Shown here in pieces: positions 1 to 8,872 of a DNA stretch of 62,010 nt. The position numbers were made by a program, and so were the translations under genes. Position 1 is the first letter of the stretch; every line of letters starts with the position of its first letter. The notes below the pieces were generated by a model. That model searched no databases, was not told the origin of the DNA, and saw nothing but the letters and a program-made list of their open reading frames with translations. The DNA is from Holophagales bacterium UBA2201 (GTDB lineage: Bacteria > Acidobacteriota > Thermoanaerobaculia > UBA2201). Location of the stretch: positions 1-62,010 of the forward strand of contig DCUZ01000065.1 of the NCBI GenBank assembly GCA_002327305.1, read 5' to 3'.

Positions 1-21
1 GAAGCCCGAAGGCGGAAGATT
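1..21. repeat. Heptamer tandem array, class GAAGNNN (gaagccc gaaggcg gaagatt)
   Basis: Three consecutive 7-nt units at the window edge. Same family as 10355-10396. Confidence 0.4.
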
Positions 22-39
22 GCACAAAACGGGATGTAG

Positions 40-67
40 CGCAGGTCCTCCGACCTGCGGCTTTTTA
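40..67 (+). terminator. Rho-independent terminator-like hairpin for an off-window upstream gene
   Basis: 8-bp stem CGCAGGTC/GACCTGCG (40-47/52-59) with a 4-nt loop, followed by GCTTTTT. A second 8-bp hairpin GGCCGGTT/AACCGGCC lies at 72-91. Confidence 0.5.
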
Positions 68-107
68 AGACGGCCGGTTGGAGAACCGGCCCTGCATCAG
101 GCGGTCT

Positions 108-142
108 CCGAACGCCGAACTCCCAACTCCCAACTTCCTCCC
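108..142. repeat. Heptamer tandem array (ccgaacg ccgaact cccaact cccaact tcctccc), reverse complement of the AGTTNNN class
   Basis: Five consecutive 7-nt units read directly from the sequence. Confidence 0.7.
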
Positions 143-165
143 CCCATGCTAAAATGGTTTTTCCC

Positions 166-1134
166 ATGCGAATCTTAGTCACCGGCTGCACCGGCTTCAT
201 CGGCCGGCACCTTCTCCCGGCCCTGGCCGCCGACGGCCACGCCCTGCGCCTTCTCCACCGCTCCCCCCGTCAGGCGGACCCCCTTTCCGACTTCGGGGAG
301 CCGTTCCAGGGCGACCTGGACGATCGGGCCCGCCTGGCCGGGGCGGTGAAAGACATGGAGGCCGTGGTCCACGCGGCGGGGACCATCCGGGGCAACCGGG
401 AGGGGGACTTCATGCGGGGAAACGCGATCGCCGCCGCCCGGCTCGCCGGGGTCTGCCGCGAAGCCGGCACGGTGCGGCGCCTGGTCCATCTCTCCTCCCT
501 CTCCGCCTTCGGCCCGGCCGCCGGGGACCGCCTCCCGGACGAATCGGCCCCCCCCGCCCCCGTCTCCTCCTACGGGCGGAGCAAATTGGAGGCCGAGCGG
601 GCCCTGGACGCGGAGGCCGGGGGGATCGCCGTGACGCACCTCCGCCTCACCGCCGTCTACGGCCCCGGGGACCGGGAGACCCTGGCGCTCTTCCGCATGG
701 CCTCCCGCGGCGCCTTCTTCATGCCCGGGGGGGCGGAACGGCGCCTCCAGATGCTATTCGTGGAGGACGCCGTGGAGGCCGTCCGCGCCGCCCTCGCCGC
801 GGAGACGGCCGGGACCTTCTTCATCGCCCACCCCCGCGTCCTCACCTACGCCGACCTGGCCCTGGCCCTGGGGCAGGCCGCGGAGCGCAAGGGGGCCATT
901 CTCCCCCTCCCCGGCTTCCTGGTCCTCCTCCTGGCGTCCGTCAACCAGGGGCTGTCGGCCCTCGTCCGCCGCCCGGCCATGTTCAACCTGGGCAAGGCCC
1001 GTGAGATGCTCGCCCCCGCCTGGATTTGTTCCACGGAGAAGGCCCGGGATGTGCTAAACTTTGTGGCCCGGACGGACTTCCCCGAGGGCGCCCTGCGGAC
1101 CGTCCGGTGGTACCGTCAAAATCGCTGGCTTTAG
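166..1134 (+). CDS. NAD-dependent epimerase/dehydratase family (extended SDR) protein, CerR-like candidate
   Basis: N-terminal Rossmann motif MRILVTGCTGFIGRHL. Also YGRSK (YxxxK catalytic motif). ATG at 166 (alternative ATG at 154). Confidence 0.85.
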   Translation: MRILVTGCTGFIGRHLLPALAADGHALRLLHRSPRQADPLSDFGEPFQGDLDDRARLAGAVKDMEAVVHAAGTIRGNREGDFMRGNAIAAARLAGVCREAGTVRRLVHLSSLSAFGPAAGDRLPDESAPPAPVSSYGRSKLEAERALDAEAGGIAVTHLRLTAVYGPGDRETLALFRMASRGAFFMPGGAERRLQMLFVEDAVEAVRAALAAETAGTFFIAHPRVLTYADLALALGQAAERKGAILPLPGFLVLLLASVNQGLSALVRRPAMFNLGKAREMLAPAWICSTEKARDVLNFVARTDFPEGALRTVRWYRQNRWL

Positions 1135-1145
1135 AAGGAGCCGTT

Positions 1146-2330
1146 GTGGATCTTTTCCAGAAGTGCAGGGAATTCAAGGACGTCGAGCGCATCCAGGCCG
1201 CCGGCCTCTACGCCTATTTCCGGGAGATCTCCTCCCAGCAGGATCCCGAGGTCATCATCGGCGGCCGGCCGGTCATCATGCTGGGCTCCAACAACTACCT
1301 GGGCCTCACCAGCCATCCCCTGGTCAAGGAGCGCGCCGCCGCCGCCGCCATGAAGTACGGCTCCGGGTGCGCCGGGAGCCGCTTCCTCAACGGCACCCTC
1401 GACATCCACGTGGAACTGGAGGAGAAACTGGCCGCCTTCGTCCGCAAGGAGGCCGCCCTCGTCTTCTCCACCGGTTTCCAGACCAACCTCGGCGCCATCT
1501 CCACCCTCGCCGGGAAGGACGACGTGATCTACATTGACAAGGCCGACCACGCCTCCATCATCGACGGGTGCCGCCTCTCCTTCGCCAAGGTGCGCAAGTT
1601 CAACCACCTGGACCTGGGGCACCTGGAACAGCTCCTGGCCGCGGAAGGAGACGCCCCGGGCAAACTGGTCGTGGTGGACGGCGTCTTCTCCATGGAGGGG
1701 GACATCTTCCCCGTGGACCGGCTGGTGGAACTGGCCCCGAAATACGGCCTCAAGGTGATGGTGGACGACGCCCACGGCCTCGGCGTCCTGGGCGAGTCGG
1801 GGCGCGGCACGGCGATCCACTTCGGCGTCAACGACCGGGTGGATCTGGTCATGGGGACCTTCTCGAAATCCCTCGCCAGCGTCGGCGGATTCCTGGCCGG
1901 CCCCGCCGAGGTGATCAACTGGGTCAAGCACAAGGCCCGCCCCCTCATCTTCTCCGCCGCGCCCCCCCCGGCCTCGGTGGCGGCCGTCACCGCGGCGCTC
2001 GAGGTCATCGAAAACGAACCCGAGCGGCTCCAGCGGCTGTGGGACAACACCCGGGCCCTCATGGAGGGCCTGCGCGGCATGGGCTACGACCTGGGCGAAA
2101 CCGCCACCCCCATCATCCCCGTCATCGTGGGCGAGGACATGCTGGCGTTCAAGATGGTCGTGCGCCTCCAGGAACTGGGGGTCTTCGCCAACCCCGTCAT
2201 CTCCCCCGCCACCCCGCCGGGCCGGGCGCTGATCCGCAATTCGCTGATGGCCACCCACGAGCCCGTCCACCTGGAGCGGGCCCTCGAGGCCTTCCGCACC
2301 GCCGGCAGGGAGTTCGGGCTCGTCCCGTGA
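1146..2330 (+). CDS. spt: Alpha-oxoamine synthase, serine palmitoyltransferase-like (PLP-dependent)
   Basis: GTG at 1146 lies 5 nt after AAGGAG. Motifs SNNYLGL, GSGCAGSRFLNGT, GTFSKS (PLP lysine), RLWDNTRAL and SPATPPG resemble Sphingomonas SPT as I recall it. KBL or BioF cannot be excluded without a search. Confidence 0.75.
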   Translation: MDLFQKCREFKDVERIQAAGLYAYFREISSQQDPEVIIGGRPVIMLGSNNYLGLTSHPLVKERAAAAAMKYGSGCAGSRFLNGTLDIHVELEEKLAAFVRKEAALVFSTGFQTNLGAISTLAGKDDVIYIDKADHASIIDGCRLSFAKVRKFNHLDLGHLEQLLAAEGDAPGKLVVVDGVFSMEGDIFPVDRLVELAPKYGLKVMVDDAHGLGVLGESGRGTAIHFGVNDRVDLVMGTFSKSLASVGGFLAGPAEVINWVKHKARPLIFSAAPPPASVAAVTAALEVIENEPERLQRLWDNTRALMEGLRGMGYDLGETATPIIPVIVGEDMLAFKMVVRLQELGVFANPVISPATPPGRALIRNSLMATHEPVHLERALEAFRTAGREFGLVP

Positions 2331-3442
2331 GCGTCGCGGTCCTGCCGGCGGAGGGACCGGGCGGCCTCAGGCGTTTCTGGCGCGTCCCATTCGCCCTTTA
2401 TCAGAACGACCGGAACTGGGTGGCGCCCCTCCGGGGCGATTACGCGCACCTCTTTTCCCCCTCGAATCCGTTCCTCAAGCACGCGGCGGTCAAGCCCTTC
2501 ATCGCCTGGCGCGACGGCCGCCCGGTCGGCACCATCGCCTATGTCCAGGATGAGAACCACATCCGCTTCCACGAGGAAAAGGCCGGCTTCTGGGGCTTCT
2601 TCGAATGCGCCGACGACCCGGAGGCCGCCGCGGCCCTCTTCGCCAGCGTGGAGGAGGAGGCGCGGGCGGCCGGGATGGAGCGGCTCCTGGGGCCCATGAA
2701 CCCCTCCACCAACGACTCCTGCGGCCTCCTCGTGGAAGGGTTCGACTCCCCCCCCGTGGTGATGATGCCCTACAATCCCCCCCGCTACGAAGCGCTGGTC
2801 GAGGCCAACGGCCACGCCAAGGCCAAGGACCTCTACGCCTACACCACCCCCATGACCGGCAAGTCCCTGGGCCGCCTGGAGCGCATCGCCCGGATCGCCT
2901 ACGCCAAGGCCCCCATCACCGTCAGGCCGGTGAACCTGAAAATACTGGAAGAGGAACTGGTCCCCGTCATGAGCATCTACAACGAGGCCTGGGAGAAGAA
3001 CTGGGGGTTCGTCCCCCTGACGGAGGAGGAGATCCGCGACCTGGCCAAGCGGCTCAAGCCCATCATCGTCCCCGAGCTCGTTCAGGTGGCGTTTGTGGAC
3101 GGCGACCCGGCGGCCTTCATCATGACCCTCCCCGACGCCAACGAGGCCCTGATCAAGATCCGCGGCCGGCTGGACCCCTGGTCGCTCGTCAAGCTCCTCT
3201 ACTGGTCGAAGCGCATCCGCGGCCTGCGCCTCGTCACCCTGGGCGTCAAGGCCAAGTACCGCGTCATGGGGCTCGACGCCTGCCTGTATTATGAGAGTTT
3301 GAAACGGGGCCTGACGATGAAGTACGACCGCGTGGAGGTCTCCTGGATCCTCGAGGACAACACCATCATGCAGAAAGCCATCCGGCTGATCGACGGGCGG
3401 AAGTACAAGACGTACCGGATTTATTCGAAAGAGATCGGCTGA
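2327..3442 (+). CDS. GNAT-fold acyl-CoA N-acyltransferase-like protein (bCerS-like candidate)
   Basis: GTG at 2327 overlaps the upstream TGA (GTGA). The ORF-track entry 1568..3442 is over-extended at its N-terminus. Only the part from VSVAVLPAEG onward looks like real protein. Confidence 0.6.
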   Translation: MSVAVLPAEGPGGLRRFWRVPFALYQNDRNWVAPLRGDYAHLFSPSNPFLKHAAVKPFIAWRDGRPVGTIAYVQDENHIRFHEEKAGFWGFFECADDPEAAAALFASVEEEARAAGMERLLGPMNPSTNDSCGLLVEGFDSPPVVMMPYNPPRYEALVEANGHAKAKDLYAYTTPMTGKSLGRLERIARIAYAKAPITVRPVNLKILEEELVPVMSIYNEAWEKNWGFVPLTEEEIRDLAKRLKPIIVPELVQVAFVDGDPAAFIMTLPDANEALIKIRGRLDPWSLVKLLYWSKRIRGLRLVTLGVKAKYRVMGLDACLYYESLKRGLTMKYDRVEVSWILEDNTIMQKAIRLIDGRKYKTYRIYSKEIG

Positions 3443-3448
3443 ACAGCC

Positions 3449-3483
3449 GGTTCCAAGTTCCAGGTTTCAGGTTTCAGGTCCCC
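3449..3483. repeat. Heptamer tandem array (ggttcca agttcca ggtttca ggtttca ggtcccc)
   Basis: Starts 7 nt after the stop at 3442. Confidence 0.7.
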
Positions 3484-3725
3484 CCGCCCGCCATATCGGG
3501 AATCCAATCACTATTCTGCTCGCCAGGAATCATGTAGCGTCCTCTGGCCGCCGAGGACGGCATCGGCGCCCCGTCGCATGCCTCGCGCGCTCCCACAGGG
3601 GCGGAGGGGCGCGCCGCCGGTCCGCCCCGAGGCCTTGCCCCCAAAAGCGATGAAGAAAGAAACAGGAGCAGGAACGGCTCGCGGCGGCGCGTTTGAGCCG
3701 CCCCAAGGCGGCGGGCGGCGGGCAC

Positions 3726-3750
3726 AAAAAAAAAGGGCATCGTGTCCCTT
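3726..3750 (-). terminator. Possible intrinsic terminator of the AT-rich island transcript
   Basis: On the minus strand, AAGGG-8 nt-CCCTT is followed by a T9 run (A9 at 3726-3734 on plus). The stem is only 5 bp. Confidence 0.35.
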
Positions 3751-3813
3751 CTTTCTCGTGCTCTTCGCTTTTCAAATCAGCGGTGGGGTGGCCTTGAGCA
3801 ACATATTACTCGG

Positions 3814-3835
3814 AAATAGGTGACTGTCCCTAATT
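3814..3835. repeat. GGGACAG/CTGTCCC repeat copy R1 (aaataggtgactgtccctaatt)
   Basis: Lies 13 nt downstream of the stop of the 3848-4246 gene. Confidence 0.8.
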
Positions 3836-3847
3836 ACACTAATTACA

Positions 3848-4246
3848 TTAATAATGCGGAGTACTGCTTCGTATTAGTTTTTGTGATTGTGGATCAAAAT
3901 ACAATTGATAAATAAATGCTCCATTTTGGTTGAAAATATTCATATAGATATAGTTTGTTTTTCGCACCGCCCTCTTTGAGTAATCGCTAAATCGGAATAA
4001 TATGTACATTTCCTCGCAATCCTGATCAAGAGCAACAGCACCCTTTTTTAAGATCGCATGAATATAGAACTCATCCTCAAATCTAAATGTATAACGATCT
4101 CCATAAAGACTTTCAAGCTCACGAATTTTTCTTTTATCTTCATCGGAAGGATGTGCACATCCTGCAAAAGATAAAGAAATAAATAAGACCCAAAATATTG
4201 CTTTACGGACGCTAACAGCACTTTGCACATGATGTTTCAAGTGCAT
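3848..4246 (-). CDS. Hypothetical lipoprotein (AT-rich)
   Basis: Signal peptide with lipobox LSFAGC. AT-rich codon usage unlike the neighbours. No recognisable domain. Confidence 0.6.
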   Translation of the reverse strand: MHLKHHVQSAVSVRKAIFWVLFISLSFAGCAHPSDEDKRKIRELESLYGDRYTFRFEDEFYIHAILKKGAVALDQDCEEMYILFRFSDYSKRAVRKTNYIYMNIFNQNGAFIYQLYFDPQSQKLIRSSTPHY

Positions 4247-4298
4247 TGGAATTTCCTTCCTTCAAGCATTAAATTCCTTTCGAACATTTAAAACCTCG

Positions 4299-4343
4299 TA
4301 GGGACTGTGTCTATTTTCCTAAATAGGTAACTGTCCCTAATTT
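4299..4343. repeat. Inverted doublet of the repeat (R2 tagggactgtgtctatttt + R3 aaataggtaactgtccctaattt), REPIN-like
   Basis: Two copies in opposite orientation separated by tcct. Confidence 0.75.
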
Positions 4344-4418
4344 CTGATAGTTCCCGAGCAGGGTCCCGGCGGCCAAAACGATCAGGACTACAAGAATCTG
4401 ACGCGCGGCGCTCTTCAT
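4311..4418 (-). pseudogene. 35-aa GC-rich signal-peptide stub (MKSAARQILVVLIVLAAGTLLGNYQKL...) that reads into repeat R3 and stops
   Basis: ATG at 4418. The hydrophobic N-terminus is encoded by a GC-rich ~75-bp patch between two repeat copies. The reading frame terminates inside the repeats. Confidence 0.25.
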
Positions 4419-4438
4419 AGTCTATGTTGATCCTTCAT

Positions 4439-4461
4439 AAAATAGGGACTGTCCCTATTTT
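4439..4461. repeat. Perfect 23-bp palindrome AAAATAGGGAC-T-GTCCCTATTTT (R4), possible bidirectional terminator
   Basis: 11-nt arms are exact reverse complements and are flanked by A4/T4. Lies 22 nt downstream of the stop at 4483. Confidence 0.8.
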
Positions 4462-4482
4462 CCCTAGATTCCTAAGTTACTA

Positions 4483-5076
4483 TCACCAGCAATTAGGGCC
4501 TAACGGTTTGGAAATCCGATGCAGGACTTGTGGGAGAGAGTTGCAGTCCAGGACTTCTCCGCTGGCAATCATGTCCTCAAACTGCGAAAGAACAGGGCTT
4601 GGCACGAGAAAATCAGTCCCTTGAACCCGAAGAGAATATAGTTGTTGATATTTGTTCGGCCAGAAGTCCATCACCGGTCTGTCAAGGGAGATAATGCCAT
4701 TCGAGAAGGTTGCTTTTCTCTCGAAATCGGCGGTGCCGACGCAGCCCCACATATGAAAGCGGGCTCTGTAGCCATCGTCAATTGTAGATATCGAGAGCTT
4801 CGTGCCGAAAAATCCCGTCGCAAATTTCCACTCGTCTGCGATTTCCATTTGCGGGTAAATCAATTTCGGGTCCGGTTGAGGAGCATTCGCCTGGTCTGGA
4901 TGCCATATCTCCAATTCTTGTTCGAATTCGAAAGTCAAGGAGCGTTCTACCATTTCCATATTTTGCTGAAGCTTCCGATGAGCCTGCTCTCTCACCGAAT
5001 CAGGCATCCGTCGAGCACAGGAGAGCAACGCAACTTCCAAGAGCAGTGCTCCAATGAGCAATTTGCGCCCAGTCAT
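4483..5076 (-). CDS. Hypothetical lipoprotein
   Basis: MTGRKLLIGALLLEVALLSC (lipobox-like LLSC). GAGAGG lies 7 nt upstream of the ATG at 5076 (alternative ATG at 5082). The ORF-track N-terminus (MTVPKSLSL) is translated repeat sequence. Confidence 0.6.
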   Translation of the reverse strand: MTGRKLLIGALLLEVALLSCARRMPDSVREQAHRKLQQNMEMVERSLTFEFEQELEIWHPDQANAPQPDPKLIYPQMEIADEWKFATGFFGTKLSISTIDDGYRARFHMWGCVGTADFERKATFSNGIISLDRPVMDFWPNKYQQLYSLRVQGTDFLVPSPVLSQFEDMIASGEVLDCNSLPQVLHRISKPLGPNCW

Positions 5077-5100
5077 ATTCATGCCTCTCATTAAGCGATT

Positions 5101-5132
5101 TAGGGACAGTGATTTAGGGACAGTCACCTATT
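5101..5132. repeat. Tandem repeat copies R5a/R5b (tagggacagtgattt + tagggacagtcacctatt)
   Basis: Directly upstream of the 4483-5076 gene. On the minus strand it reads CTGTCCCTAAAT twice. Confidence 0.8.
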
Positions 5133-5269
5133 ATTGCCTTCCTTTAATCCCCATGCCTGGGGAAAGGGCCCAGGGCTGGCCATTCAACCATTTGCCCGCC
5201 TTCCACCCTTCCCGAGATGCCGGATCAAGTCCGGCATGACAGCATCGGCAGGGCGAAAGGGAAAATCTT

Positions 5270-5301
5270 GGGACAGCCACCAATATTCAGGGACAGCCAC
5301 C
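5270..5301. repeat. Two copies of GGGACAGCCACC spaced 20 bp apart (R6)
   Basis: 5270-5281 and 5290-5301 are identical 12-mers sharing the GGGACAG core. Confidence 0.75.
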
Positions 5302-5327
5302 TTCGCGAAGTCGCGGCTTCGCCGCGC

Positions 5328-5543
5328 CTACCGCTCCACTTCGAAGTCGGCGCTGGGCTCCAGGAGGGGGTCCACGCAGATGAGGGCGGTCTGGGTGATG
5401 GGGAGCATGTAGGTGTGGCGCTTTTCCCTGACCTTGATCTGCAGTTCGTAGTAGCCGTCGTCGGAAATGGCGATCAGCGACCCTTCGACGTTCTTGAAGT
5501 CCATGACGGGGCAGGTGATGTAGACCTTGCTGGGAAATTCCAT
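5328..5543 (-). CDS. Hypothetical 71-aa protein downstream of ligA
   Basis: High-GC codon usage. Start lies 11 nt after the ligA stop. No domain recognised. Confidence 0.5.
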   Translation of the reverse strand: MEFPSKVYITCPVMDFKNVEGSLIAISDDGYYELQIKVREKRHTYMLPITQTALICVDPLLEPSADFEVER

Positions 5544-5553
5544 GGCTCGCTCC

Positions 5554-7847
<2,294 letters not shown>

Positions 7848-7867
<20 letters not shown>

Positions 7868-8858
7868 TGTCTTTTTTACCTTCGAACGCCGCCTGGACCT
7901 CCTCGTACAGCCGCTTCTCCTGCCCCAGGTACTTGGGGGAGAGGTGGAGGGGGATGACCTTTTTGGCCCCGCACCGGCGGGCCAGGCGTCCGGCCTGGGT
8001 GGTGGTGAGGTGGTTGCGCTCCCGGGCCCGCCTGGCCTCCGAGGCCTCGAAGGAGGTCTCGATATAGAGAAGATGGACGCCCTTGAGCAGGGCCGCGGCC
8101 CGCGACAGGTTTTCGCGGGTGGCGGCGAAGTCCACCACATAGCCGATGGACTGCCCCTCGGTGAGGATGACCAGCTCCTCGCGCAGGCGCCCGAAGGGGC
8201 GGGGCCCCAGGGGCGTTTCGACGGGAGTGGAGGAGCGGACGCCGGAAAGGACGGCTTCCTTCAGGTTCTGGATCCATCCGCCGGGGGAATAGCCCAGCCG
8301 CTGGAGGGCGTCCTTGTTGATGTTGATGTGGGTCTTCTCGTCGAGGCGGTAGGCCAGGACGGGGGTGCCGTGGTCCAGGACCGCCGCCCGCAGGGTCAGG
8401 GAGGGGTCCTCGATGAGGGCCCGCCCCGCCTTGCGCCGGCGGCGGTTGGAGAGGACGAACCTGTCGCGCGCGGAGAAATCGGCGCTCCGGACCCAGGCGC
8501 CGTCGTATTCATGGGCCGTCACCGCCAGGGGGTAGTCCTCGCTGACGTTCCAGGTGAAGGCGCGGAAGAGGCCGTCCACGTTGCCGATGAAGCCCGGCGG
8601 ACCCCACAGGTGGAGGGGCTCCCCGCGGGTGATGGAGAGGCGGATGAACTGCGCGGCGCTGACGAAGTGGTCCAGGTGGGTGTGGGTGACGAAGACCGCC
8701 TGGGCCCGCCGCAGGAGGCGCGTGGGGAGGCGCGGGGCGTACCCGAGGTCGAAGAGAAGCCCCCTCCCCTCCCCCACGATGTCCACGTAGAGGCCGGCGT
8801 CGCCGCAGGGCGGAGCAGCGGTCTGCGGAAGAAATTTCATGCGCATGGCCGAATGCAT
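7848..8858 (-). CDS. MBL-fold metallo-hydrolase (RNase Z/BN-like)
   Basis: THTHLDH motif. Start is ambiguous (ATG at 8858, 8846 or 8840). Confidence 0.8.
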
Positions 8859-8864
8859 TATAAT
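8859..8864 (+). promoter_or_regulatory. -10 box TATAAT 8 nt upstream of ATG 8873 (leaderless candidate)
   Basis: No Shine-Dalgarno between the box and the ATG. The same AT-rich palindromic stretch can serve the divergent MBL gene. Confidence 0.4.
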
Positions 8865-8872
8865 ATAACAGC

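Larger units (their letters stand above)
3815..5132. mobile_element. Candidate non-autonomous insertion bounded by perfect 18-bp inverted repeats
   Basis: AATAGGTGACTGTCCCTA (3815-3832) is the exact reverse complement of TAGGGACAGTCACCTATT (5115-5132). The interior is markedly AT-rich against a high-GC background. No transposase is present. Confidence 0.3.

Noticed and set aside
3578-3823. 81-aa ORF in the GC-rich gap before the island
   Set aside because: Arg/Gly/Pro/Ala-rich translation, no RBS, and it runs across the A9 tract and repeat R1. Judged noncoding.
4642-5094. 150-aa plus-strand ORF inside the AT-rich island
   Set aside because: It is antisense to the 4483-5076 ORF, which has an RBS and a lipoprotein signal peptide. 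The plus-strand product has no start context or recognisable features.
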